This document shows positions 51,766-64,000 of a stretch of 64,000 bases of DNA, piece after piece. The stretch's first letter is position 1. Each line of letters opens with the position of its first letter. The notes beneath the pieces are model-generated. The model had not been told where the DNA came from. It saw only the letters and a program-made list of their open reading frames with translations, and did no database searches. The DNA lies in assembly GCA_017499595.2 (NCBI GenBank), contig CM039004.1, positions 3,348,001 to 3,412,000 of the forward strand, in the 5' to 3' direction. Position numbers and translations under genes: made by a program. The DNA comes from Psilocybe cubensis (taxonomy: Eukaryota).

Positions 51766-54700
51766 GCGTGTAGGGAGGGAGGGGTGGCGCTGGTACTGCA
51801 GCTCCGGATGTGGGGGGAGGGGGGAGGGGGTGAAAAATATGAAAATATGAGAGGTGGAGGAGGAGGAGGTGGTGGTGGTGGTGTGCTTGGATTTTGGATT
51901 GCTTTTTTTCTTTTTTTTTTTTTTTGTTATCTTTTGATTTCTTTTGACTGCGTTTTTGACTCTTTTTGTTGACAAAAAATCTAATCGTTTCTTTTTCTTT
52001 TTACTTACTTGTTTCTAACTCTGCTTATTTCCTTTCCTACCTCGCTTGCTTGCTCACTTGCTCGTTTGCTTCCCTACCCCGCCTCGAATGTCCTATGATC
52101 CTATGAACTGAACTCGTCTCGTCTCGTCCTATCTATTCTATTCTATTATATTCTGTTATATCCTATGCCTCCTTCTCTCCCTCTCCCTGCCTTCTGTCTA
52201 TCCGTCTCGATTCCATTCCGTCCACGTCTTGTTATTGATACTGTTACTGTTTATCCTCTACCGTCTGTTTATCCGTCTATCCGTTTATTGGCTTGTCTAC
52301 CACTCGACTTGACTCGATAAAGAAAGTAAAGAAAAATAGCGTAATAGTACAGAATTCCGGTTTTGATTGTTTGATTGATACTATTTAGTGTTTATTGGTC
52401 GTGTATAAATCTTCTTTTCTCTTTTCTCTTTTCTCTTTTCTCTTCTTTTTGTTTGATTTGATTTTTCGAATTATCCCTATCCCTATCCCTATTGCATTTC
52501 TACTTCTACTTCTGGTTACTAGTTCCTATCCCCATCCCTTTCCCTTTCTCGCTCGTGTTTGTGTGTTAAAGTGTTTCTACCAGTCTAATTATCACATCCC
52601 TTCCCTCTCCTCCCTCGCCTCTCTGTTTCATAGTTTCATAGTTGACCGTATATGCGTGCCATGTATACGTATATATCATATCTATTTATTTGCGGTCTTA
52701 TGTCTTGTGTGCGCTTAAATTCTGATTGAGTTGCGACTTGCAAATGATTTAATTTAATTAACATTAAATACAATTAAATGATGGTGGATGTCTGATGTTG
52801 TGCGGTTGTCGACTTGTTGGATGCTTACACTGGGCCTGTCTGATCTGTTAGACTGTTGACCATCGGGCGGGCGTCATTTATTATTCAATTTATGTCACCC
52901 ACAAACAAGGTGCAATACGCCTCCAAGCACTCTCTCCGGGACTCGGCACCCGAATCTCGAAGCTCGGAGCTCGTGAGGTGAGGAGGCGAAGAAACGAAGA
53001 AATGAGGACATGAGGAGGTGGAGGTGGAGGTGAGGAGGTGGAAGCGAGAAGAGAGAAGCGAGAAGATTAAGCTAAGGAAACGAGGAAATGAGGAGGCGGA
53101 TGCGAGAAGGTGAGGGAACGAGGGAACGAGGTGAGGAAGGGGAAGGGGAGAAACGAGGAGGCGAAGAAAGAAGGGAAGGTGAGTAAGGGAAGGCAGGAAG
53201 ACAGCTAAAAGAAGCAAGCAAACAAGCAAGAAAAGAAGGAAGGAAGGCAAAGTGGCGAGGAGAATAAGAAGAAGAAGAAGGACAACGTCAAGGTCCGAAG
53301 CTGGAAGCTTGCAGACTGTAAAGAGGGAGTCATAGCTGGTCATAGCTACCCCTATCGCTGCCGCTGCCTCCCCATCCTCACCGCCACCTCCTAGACTATC
53401 ATATCAGATGAGGTGACGTCGACGCTCTAAGCTCTAAGTCTCCTCTCCTCTCCTCCGCTCCCCCCTCCCTCTCTCTTCTCCCTCTCCAAGCCCGAGTTCA
53501 AGCCCAATAAATAAAAAATGATCGAACCACGAATTTAATATTAATTTTACATACAGAGTCCAGTCCTACACGAGCTGATTCGCTCATATATTAACGTTGT
53601 GTAAAGACTGGATATTATATTAAGGGCGGTATTATATTATTTTGACAGGGCATGGCAAGGGCGAAGAAAATGACGGGCGAAGCATGTTAATGTTAATAAG
53701 AATAATAAAGTTACTTCACTGACAACTGACAACTACAGCTACGGCGCGAATCCGTGCTATTCAACATCGACAGGACAGGGAACCTCGTCCGTCTTCGATT
53801 TTTTTAATAATGAAATAGAATTAAAAAGAAAGGAAAGGAAAGGAAAAGGATACCGGACCTTGGTCCACCTCAACCGAGCCAACAGCATCGATTAATATTT
53901 GAGGTAGCGCTATTACCTTTCCAATCATTATCAGAACGCTAGCACTTCCCTTCCCAATTACTCGCGCGCCACCCGCACCCGCACCCAACCCGCACTTGTA
54001 TGACTATAACCCCTCCATCCTCCACGTCCACGTCCACGTTCACGTTCACGTTTCTGCGTTTCATTCTCATTCTCGTTCTTATTCTCGTTCTCGTTCTCGT
54101 TCTCGTTCTCGTTCTCGTTGTTATTCTCAGTCTTGTTCTGGTGCCTGGTATACGTCCCGCTTTACCTTCCATTCCACTACATTACATCACATTACATTCT
54201 CCAAGCGCCGCATCGTTCTCGTTCTCGCGTCGAATTATTAGAGTCGAATCGAGTCTGACCAACTCCTAGTCCTATCCCTATTCCAAGTTCAAGTCAGCGG
54301 CGTATAGTATCATAAATATCTCTTCCTCTTCTTTACTTCTCGGTCCAGGACATGACGATGACGACGATGACGATGCGCGCCCCTGTTCGAAATTTTGATT
54401 CCAACTTTACAATATACAATATACATTTAATTTTATTTGATTTTGGGACCCATCGAACCTTTCACGTCGGACGTCGAATTCGCGAAGGTGGCGTTGACCC
54501 ACTCTTTCTGCCATATGCCATATGCCAAACACCATATGCCACATATACGCCATACGCCATCTGGAGTCCGACTCGCTGCGCCGCTCAGCCGCTCAGCCGC
54601 TCTCCTATGCACCCACAGGACTTTCGGATTCGGACCGGACGCGTGCAGTGCAGTGCATTGCAGTGCAGAACTTACTTCTGACACTGCGCCAATTTTACCT

Positions 54701-56425
54701 CTACCTGTGCGACCTTTACCCTATGAGACCCTATGGCACTATGGCACTGTCAAAATTAAAGCATCCCACATAATTCAATATGATATCCTGATACTGACAC
54801 GACCCACCTCGCATTTCCTATCGCTCTCTTCCCGAATCATATACGATTTCAATGTAAACTGCGAATAGCATGTGCAATTTTCTTCCTCGTCGTCGTCCTT
54901 CTTCAAATACAATCATGATCATAATCACGATCAACAAAAGAAAAGACAAAAATCAGCACGGCACCGCGGCCTCCCGATACTGATGCTGATTCCAAGTCTG
55001 ATTCCAACTCAAGTCTGATGCACACACACATCATGATCCAGTCCATTCCAACTCGCGCTTCTTCTTCTTCCATGTTTTTTTAATTATCGCGAGTACACGC
55101 TGAATCATGAATATCCCGAACAGGACAGTCTTCTTTCTAAATTGTTCTGATGATGTTGATGCCAGTGAAGTTGATGATAATGAAGTTGATGATGATGATG
55201 ATGATGATGATGATGAGAGTTGACAATATCAATGATACCTCACTCAAGGTTCAAGGTTCAACGGTCAACGGTCAACCTGCGTCCTGTGCTCTACAGAGCT
55301 CATCATATATCAGCGTATCAGATACAATATCACCATAACCCACATACACCTATACCAGCTAGCTAGCCAGCTATCCCAGCTTTATCTTCGTACACAATCA
55401 ATTATCAACTCCATCTTCCAATCTTCCAAACTAAAATAAACTTATCAAAAACCACATTACCCAATACCCTCCCTCCCTCCCTCACAATTCAAACTCTCAT
55501 ATTCTCATCCATTCAACTTATTCTCTCATGCGACACCGCCCCGCCCCGTGCCCGTACCCATGAACCCCGCACATATCATTATCATTATCATTATCAATAG
55601 TATTAGTATTAGTATTAGTATCAGCGCGTTTTCACGTCTTCAAATATTTATACATTTATATACATTTATATATATACATACACACCCTCGAAACCCACCC
55701 ACCAACCCTCCAGCCAATCCATCAACAAATCAACCGACCAACAAACTAAAAAGGTAAAAGGGAAAAGGGAAATACAAGGCAGAACAATTTCTACGCGAGG
55801 CGAGACGCGAGACGCGAGACGGCAGACAGAGACAGAGATAGACTGGGATATGCGGCGCGAGCTTCGTTTCTCAGGTTCAGGCTCACACTCCACTCGCGCG
55901 CGCGGGCGCGGGCGCGTCAACGCCATCGCAAACAAAAATGAAAACGAAAATGAATAAGGCAAGGGCGGGTATACAGGCGATGGGTACCAAACTCGAAATC
56001 GACTCGGAGGTCAGGTCAGGTGTGTGTATCTGCGCTGCCGCTTCCGCTTCCAAATATTCCTATCCTCCGCCTCAGCGCACACGGTACTCCGGCCGGCTGT
56101 TATCTGGTAATGGTATTCAATGTTGGTATAGGAACAGTTCAAGCTTAGCGCTCAGCCTCAAAGATATGCATTCCTCTTCCTCTTCCTCTTCTTGTTTCTG
56201 TTTCTGTTCATGGTTCTGTTTCGCTTTGGGTAATTGGCCTATACATAAACTTCCATTCCATTGCATTACACTGATGATGTACATATCTATCTCTATCCCT
56301 ATCCCTATCCCTATCCCTATCTCCGGCGTTAATCAACCAATGCGTCGGGACATCATTTTCAAAACCTTTTAACCTTCAACAAATCGCGTGCGTTTCGAGT
56401 CGAATGTGAATGTGAATAAATCATA

Positions 56426-57017
56426 AGATTGGGCTCATCAGGAACCAGCACCCCCTTAGGTAAGCAAAAGTTGGCTTACCTCCGAACCTTTTCAACCCTT
56501 CTGCACTCACACTATTCTACATTTTTGAACCACAGATATGTAGGTTATGCTTCTTTGAACACATCTGTGGTTTTTTTTTTCAAAAAAATTTTGATCTCAA
56601 GAAGTTATAAAGATTTTAATTTTTTTCCTTTTTTTTTAGTCTAACACGTCAGAAATGGTGTTTTCTCGAGTTTGGGAGATTTTCGAAAATTTGACAATGT
56701 TCTTTTGGCCGCTTATATAATGGTACACGTGACCACACGTGACAATAAGTCACGCCTAAGTAATACCTCTCAGACTCATTATGGACTTCCAGAGACTACA
56801 ATTTGACCTCTGAGGTGTAATTCTATTATTGTGGGCATAAAGGCTAGTAGTAAGGATTGTATATGCACATTTATGAATTTTTTTTTTTTAAACTTTTTGT
56901 CTGAAACCATTTTCCGTCAACATAACTTTTGATTTTTTTTTCGAGCTGGATTTTGGCCGCTCTTGGCGCCAAGCCCATTGATTACGTAAGGGTGCTGGTT
57001 TCTGATGAGCCCAATCT
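56426..57017. mobile_element. MITE (non-autonomous, TA-flanked, Tc1/mariner-type), 592 bp
   Basis: TA|AGATTGGGCTCATCAGGAACCAGCACCC ... GGGTGCTGGTTTCTGATGAGCCCAATCT|TA: a 28-bp TIR with 1 mismatch, extendable inward (ttaggtaagcaa vs ttacgtaatcaa). The interior is AT-rich and non-coding. Confidence 0.85.
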
Positions 57018-60000
57018 TAAAAGGGATCTGCCTCTATTCCCTGGCCAAGGGATCCGGCAACATGACCTCATCACATTCACGTTAAAAGCGTATCCCAATG
57101 GTATCCCAGCTGCGCGACGCGACGCTACGTACGGATGACATAGCGCATTATAAATGCTATCGTACACTGAATGCGCCTAAGAATCCGGGCGATGGCGCAA
57201 TGATTTCGAAGCGTCGAAGATGACTGACTGTCATTCAGATTCAAACCTGCAGGCCTACAGGCCTTGGAAGTTTACGGTATGTTTTGATTCAGATGATGGT
57301 GTTATAGTTATCCCCGGAGCCAAGTACAATTGACTTGGCAGAATCCGTCGTTGCAGTTACCAGTAAACGTACCATTTAGTTATATAGAACATTGTTCGTT
57401 GTTCGATGTTCATTGTTCATTGTTCATAGGGCGATACTAATCACCCTTTCAAAGAAAACCCATCACCATCCATCTCAGGCCCATCTGTGCTATTTACATT
57501 TCACAAAGAATCAATAATCATTAAAACAAAACCGTCTGAATCAAGCCGGCCTCTCACCTCCAAGGCTCCACTGAGTTAGTAACACAACATGCCCTTCAAG
57601 TTCCTTACCCCATATTCACCCAATTCTGATCGATGTCGTACAAGCGAACTGATGGCAACTGATCGCTACGGAAGAAAGCGTGTTGTGATGTGATGTGATG
57701 ATGCGTCCATGGACCATTTGATATTTCTTTTTCCACATTTTTTCCCTTTTCCCGACACCCTTTTGATCGAAGGAAACATTAAAACCCGCCAGCCCTTTTC
57801 GCCGTTTTTGATCCGCCAGACGCAAACACCCGGCGTAACTCCAGGTGTGGGCAAAAACTCGTTATAAATCTAATTTGTTGCTTACTTACGGCGAAATGTA
57901 CCGCCGTGATTTTTATTGCTGTTTACAGTTTCTGACCCGAAGGCGATCTGCAGTAAGAATTACCGGTGGGAGCCGCTGTGATGGATCATTGTGGATTATG
58001 ATGCCTGGGCATCACTTGGTGTGGACTTTGTGCATACTCAAGTATAACAAGTATGTATGCGTACGTATACGGCGTGCTGTCGCTGTCGCGTCGCTGAAAC
58101 GAACGCGCGGTGTGGATACACCAGAGAATGGAACCCAGAACAAGGTGATCCACAGTGGCGACGGTGACAAGGACAAGTGTCCTCTCCACACAGCTGGGAA
58201 TCACACGGACTTTGGCGTACCCCGTCACATCCATCCATCCTGCGAACGTTTTCCCAACCCTATTTTTCCTCTCAAAAGGTCAATGTGAAACCCAGTTATA
58301 CACGAGGGTGATTATCTATCGCCATTGATAGAGTTGGAATTACCACTGCATGCCCACCCAAACCGACATTTATAGCACACAAAGCTTCTTTTGCAGGGTA
58401 CAGCACCCATCGTATGTGGGCTTAATATATTAATGGAATTGATTCCGTCTCGTTTCATCTGATGATATTTGATTCGGCGCTTGATAGTGAGCACAGTGAA
58501 AGAATAATTTTAATTGCCCTCTGATTGCGATGCGATTTGCGTCTGTGGCTCATCGTTGGCGCCTGCCAGTGCCACTACCTCGAAAATCCAAGTACCCTGA
58601 GCCCTGTACCATTCCTCTCCTATTTTCGAAGCTCAGGGGGGGAGGGAAGCTACCCCTTTGATCCCAAGGGCTCGGCGCTTCAGAATACCCTGTTCTCAGA
58701 TATGAACGCCCCAAGTACAAAGAATCAGAGCTTATTACGATAGCACCGCACCGAGACCCATTTCCCGTCTAGATGTGGATAGCCAGCCCTTCCCGAAGCA
58801 CAGGCAGAGCTTCTTGGGCGCACGTACCGCGTGGACTCAGGGATCGAATTCATCCGGACAGTCACGCCGCAGCCAACGCAGTCCTTGCTTATTCGAGGCA
58901 TTTCCATGGCTTGCCCGGCCTAGCCTATTACAATTGCGTGACCACACCCACACCACTTCCACCGAGTCCTACTACCCAGTGCTACTAGTCGGATACGCTC
59001 AGCGTCCAGCGTTCAAACGCCTGTCGTGTGCGTTCTCTTCTTTCATAGAATCCATTGCCACGCCCGTCTTTCAATGACCTCCCCCGGGTCTATTGTTTTC
59101 TTTGTGTCATCTGTCACTCAATGCATGCTTCTTTCAACTTAGAGTTCTGGTGTGATCGACGATGGTATGCACCCTCAATTCTATGCAGTGCTGCTCATCG
59201 AGCTGTATCCGCCTCTTCAGGGTATTCAATCCCATTCCTCCATTGTTTTGTTGCCGAGGTTGAATACCACTACTGCACGGAGTGTTGACACTTTGACATC
59301 CTCGTTCAAAATTAAGGTTTTCTTCCCTAGACTATTCGTATACGGCCGTTTCAAGTCCGGGTGATGACATACACAGGACGATCCAATCCAAGCCCACCCA
59401 GTTCAACTGCACTTGCCTGCCCTTTTACCAACAGCATTCGGCGTCTTTTCGGGAGTCTCTTACTATATAGTTGTCGTGAAAGAATATCCCAAAAGATGAA
59501 AGGTTATAAGTAACCCTAGCTCGTGGTATATTCGCTATTGCGTCCATCGATCACATTTCTCATGCATCAATTTCCCGGGTCAATACATCATAAGTTAGGA
59601 TATATAAATGACGTTATATGCAGTAACTCGCAAACAAACACATGGGACTGTTCCTCGCACGATCCTGGGTCATTTGCCCTTGATGCGACCAAAAAGAACC
59701 CGTCAATTTGCACAGCAAGGGCTGCAGTGATTGAGTCGTCCCATCGAATTCCGCTTCGTTTGTTCTCCGTGATGGACGTGTCAGAACCGTCCGTCATTTT
59801 GTGCACCACTCAAAACAAGACGCGTACCGTATGCAAAGTGTTTTGTGCCCTGGAAAATCCACCTGGTCATCCACATACCCCCTGCTAGCGGCTGCTATTC
59901 ACGTCATGTTCATTTTTCGTTCCTGGTTATATATACCTATTGACGACACGACAATGTAAGTATCGTCAAAGGCCACACAAACAACTGCACATTATTATGT

Positions 60001-63000
60001 GCTTTTCTAGATATCCCTTTCTTCAAACCGGAGTTAGGTCAAGGTGGACCTTGGCACTTTCGCTCATGTTCTCCGTCCAAGCCCAACTAGGAAGAAGGCA
60101 GCACCCTGGCGCAGTTCTGGGAAACTGGGTGCCCAGGACTCCTTTTCTCCGGTGTCGGGGTTTCATAAGCCTAGAAGGTCGATAAATATCTACCTCTTTC
60201 CATTCATTCATACTGCCTTCTCTGGAACCCCCCATGACCATTCCGCCGATGTAGAAAAGCAGCTATGAGGACGTGTACAAGACTGCTTTATACTTACCAT
60301 GGCTGAACTCTAATCTATTTTAAGAACATTCTCTGAATCCGCCACGCACATGGCAAGGACATGCACCAATGATAGTACCGCTAGAACCGCAAATTTCGTC
60401 AGGCCACAATTAAACTTCATATGTGACTCTGCAGCTCAATCAGCGTCCCGGATCGCGGCCCATCAGTTGCGCAACTTCTTCCGTGGAGGTTTTTTTGTCC
60501 CCAGCGGCGAATGAAAGGACGTAATAGTTTACACGGCCAATTGACGTACGTGGTGCGTGAGCACTAAGAACCAGGGGATACATACGCTCAAGAGCTTTGA
60601 ATGAGCTTGCGTGGATAGACCACCGCACAAAAGGTTCAACAGTCTAGAACCCTGCGGAAAATCGCTTGCAAACTCATTTGAGTCATTATGCACTTTAACT
60701 GACGTTCGCGTAGTTGATTCCAGAAGCATCATCTCGGCGGTTGATTGGCGCCTGTAATCGGACCATCGAATTGAACATATCATCAGACTCAGTCCCAAGC
60801 TTACGCTTAGACATCAACTACACTATTTCACAGGCTTTATTAATCTGACCTAAATCAAAACTCTATCCATCGACGTGATCTTCCATGGGTTTTCATAGAA
60901 ACTATTTCAACGTAAGCCATTCTACAACCAGAGAGCCTCATGCATAGATGTGCACTGTGACATGTCCAAAACGCTTCAAACGTCGCGCATGCTGGCGTGG
61001 TGTGCGCGATCGACACCAAGTTCTCATGAGCATATGCAAGCAATTTCATAAATTCGAGGCTCCATACGCTGGTGAGATTTAAATTGTACCCGGTACAAGT
61101 CGCTACTATGAACGTAGTTATTTCAATTGCGGAATGCGTTGCGAGACAGCTCGAATCCGATGCAATGGTGCCAGGAGTTCATCTTCCAGTTGAAAGGCTG
61201 TCAATGGGGAAATGGAATACGACCCACAGGTCGAACTACGTTCTTAACTGCTATAAACTCTGACTCCGACTGAACCAGCTAGACCTGGGAGTCCCTTCTT
61301 AATATAAAGGACCAAATTAAGAACGACACTGGCGCATCTGATGATGGAGAGGGGGACGCATCAGGAAGACAGACGTGAGAGCAATTTCATAATGGGGAAA
61401 TAGATGAGGCGGATCATTCTTCATCACATCGTTGATCTGACATCAATGATTTCTTGTTCGCCTTCAAGAAACACTATGAATACGAGCAAACCTGTGGTCC
61501 GCCATGATATATCAATATCAAGAACACTGCACCGAATACTATACCTCAAGCTTCGGGAGCTTGCTCTCAGGTTGAACGTGTCACAAGTTGTCCAATGTGA
61601 AAAGGAGTGTTAATTTAATGGGTTCAAGGAATTCGGCAGTATCCGCAATGGATTTCCGTAAACCAGTTCGTCACCGATGGCAGTGGTGGACGGGTTCCAA
61701 AGGAACAACCAGATATCCAGTTAGCTTGGGGTGAGAAACTTCAGCGATTAAATGGCTCTAGTGGTGGGGGTCTCAGACATTTTTACAGCACAGATTAGCA
61801 AGAACAGGGAACCTTAAAAGATACGACAATGTGTGTATTTTCATCCACAAATGTGTTACCATATTTTGATCTAGTGTGCTAGTATGACATTGAATATTCT
61901 ATGGTTTGTACTAAGCTATCCTGCGCAAGCTGCCACTCAACGGCTTTTTCCACACCAATACATCCCACAGTTCTGTATTCATATGTCACAATTGAAATGG
62001 GTGAAAATCGGGGTTCTTGTGGAGAAACCCCAGGCAAGGACGTCCCATTGGGACGCGCAGTACCGTTCTAATTAAAGTAAAAATTGAGCTAATATCAACC
62101 TTGGCTCAATTTAACTCGGGTACCATGAACACGGCGCAATTGACAATGATAATTACAGCTCAAAGCTGGCTTTAGATAGGAGACGGAGGACATGGAAAGT
62201 GAATTTGGCACTAGCGGCATAAGCCAAGTTGTCACAACAATTTAAAGTTGGAATACATTGAAAAGATACAAAATTTCGCTGAAGGGGTTTGTTTGAACTT
62301 TACTAAAATCAACCTCATAAGAATGATGCGATTTAGGAATCAGAGTTTGGGACCGTCACAGTGATTTGATTAATGTTGCACACTAGTCATTTAAATAAGT
62401 GTGTGACAGGGTGTTTCCGCGTTGAGATTTCTAGTTTTGTACTACGGATCTATATAGTATATTACAAGTCATTTGCTTGATGTGCGCAATGGTAAATGTC
62501 TTTCTCTCCATGAGAAAGCTCCGTGGTGTTTCAATATTTCTTTACAACGGTCAAATTCACAATTATCGATGTCTACCAGTATAGGATTAAATTTTAACGG
62601 CAATGTTGTCTACGTTTAGACGAGAAAATCTCTGACAGACTCCAACTTGCATAAGGTTAATCAATCACTGGCTTGGGAACTCCGACACATGCGGCGCTTC
62701 TGTTCCTAAGTCAACCCAGTTTGCTCCCTCATCATTGTCCGTAACAATGGAAGTCTGATTCCAAAGGGCAGCCTGAGTAGCAGTATAACCCAGAATGTTC
62801 TATGATACGGCGTTGTCTTACAGTTACACTGGCCCTGTCGAGGTTGATGTGCTTTTAACCCTCAAAGCCGGTGTGATGACTATAAATGTATGTTGACACC
62901 AAAATGGTAGCTGCAGTTTTTTTTGCGGTTGTAAATTTTAATGCGTACATGGGCGCCCAATTCAATGCTATGGCTATACATCATTGTATCCACTGTTTAA

Positions 63001-63352
63001 TACCGAGATGTTGAACAGCTATGACATTGATTCTGAAATCTATGTCACTGATGATCATAGTTCGATTTAGTAGCAGGAATATTCCAATATAATGGCACAG
63101 ATAGGACTCAAATATCATGCAGGTAGTCATGTACAAAGATTTATTGATTGCAACAGATGTGCTATAACGTTTTACCCTTGAAGCTTGAATGGTTGTTGAC
63201 CTTTTCAACGATGAATTCTATACAACTTTGAGTAGTCACGTGACCTCGGTCATGTCGGTCAGCCAAATGTGGATTTCTGTCTTGCTTCTTGCCACCACTA
63301 TCATTGGCCCCTACACAATTTGTTCACTGGTTCGCTTGTTTTTGTTCTTCAA

Positions 63353-63486
63353 ATGGACATTTCAAATATGGACAATGCACCCATTGACAACTTTCCCCGC
63401 CTTCCATGGGAGATAATCGAAAACATCATCGTTTCAGCTATCCAAGTGCTCGATCAACTATCCGTCTCAAACATAGTCCTTCTATG
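63353..63486 (+). pseudogene. F-box-like gene 5' end, apparently interrupted by a repeat array
   Basis: MDISNMDNAPIDNFPRLPWEIIENIIVSAIQVLDQLSVSNIVLLC contains the motif PRLPWEIIENII. The sequence switches abruptly to repeat modules at ~63487. Confidence 0.5.
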
Positions 63487-64000
63487 CGTGCAGCCCGCGC
63501 GACGGGTGAGCTGCTGGTGACACCCATGGTGTGTCAGCCTGGGCACCGTTCAACTCATCGGTTGTGTGGCCTCTTACCTACAATCCCTCCTCTCTCTCTG
63601 TGTGTGTGTGTGTGCAGCGTAGACGGGTGGTCTACAGTTGATGATCAAGGTGCGTCATGACCGTTCTACTCATAGAACTTCTTACTTTGTGTGTGCAGCG
63701 GTTGACGGGTGGCCTGCTGTTAACAAACATGGTGAGTCAGCGCCGTTTCATTCAACAGGCGCGCAGACTCTCACCTTCACGCCCTCTTTCGTGTCTGCAG
63801 CGCGCGACGGGAAGCCTACAGTCGACGAGAAACGAGCTGTGTCAGCACTCACCTACACCCCCTCCTCTTTGTGTGCGTACAGCGGGCGACATGCGGGTTG
63901 CATTTGACACAAGCATGGGCATCAGCGCCCTGCTAGTGCTACCCATTTGAGACTGTGCCATCACGTCTGTGTGAGTGTGTGTGTGCAGCGGCGACGGCTG
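63487..64000 (+). repeat. Degenerate tandem array of ~80-125-bp modules (TGTG-CAG|CG..GACGGG...G|GTG.GTCA), running off the window
   Basis: Six recurrences, with CAG at 63491, 63615, 63696, 63798, 63880 and 63986. Confidence 0.7.

Noticed and set aside
52885-53343. 152-aa hydrophobic 'membrane protein' ORF
   Set aside because: It is the antisense of a purine-rich low-complexity tract, with no splice or family support.
57589-57693. Short ORF ending DRYGRKRVVM*, pheromone-precursor-like
   Set aside because: It lacks the CaaX cysteine, and there is no pheromone receptor gene in the window.
63487-64000. CRISPR-like repeat-spacer array
   Set aside because: The context is eukaryotic, the repeats are degenerate with irregular spacing, and there are no cas genes.

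Overview
This is eukaryotic, intron-rich fungal DNA with short GT-AG introns and CTRAY branch sites. The gene families point to an Agaricomycete (mushroom-forming basidiomycete). Two microsatellite-saturated domains (1-~5.9 kb and ~42.4-56.4 kb) each hold one long low-complexity gene: a coiled-coil/Pro-rich protein and a GATA zinc-finger transcription factor. Between them is a microsatellite-poor accessory block that looks like an old tandem duplication of a unit [unknown gene X - DUF6534 membrane protein - decayed transcription unit - C2HC5 zinc-finger gene]. The left copy (6-16 kb) has decayed X and DUF6534 relics plus a Cys-rich small secreted protein. The right copy (18-37.4 kb) has intact X and DUF6534 and also carries a NACHT NLR with a short amyloid-like N-terminal motif, a convergent 193-aa unknown gene and a double-CVNH lectin. 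A ~590-bp MITE marks the right edge of the second microsatellite domain. The window ends in an F-box-like start interrupted by a degenerate array of micro-exon-like modules. Exon models were built by eye and checked for splice phase; no database searches were possible.
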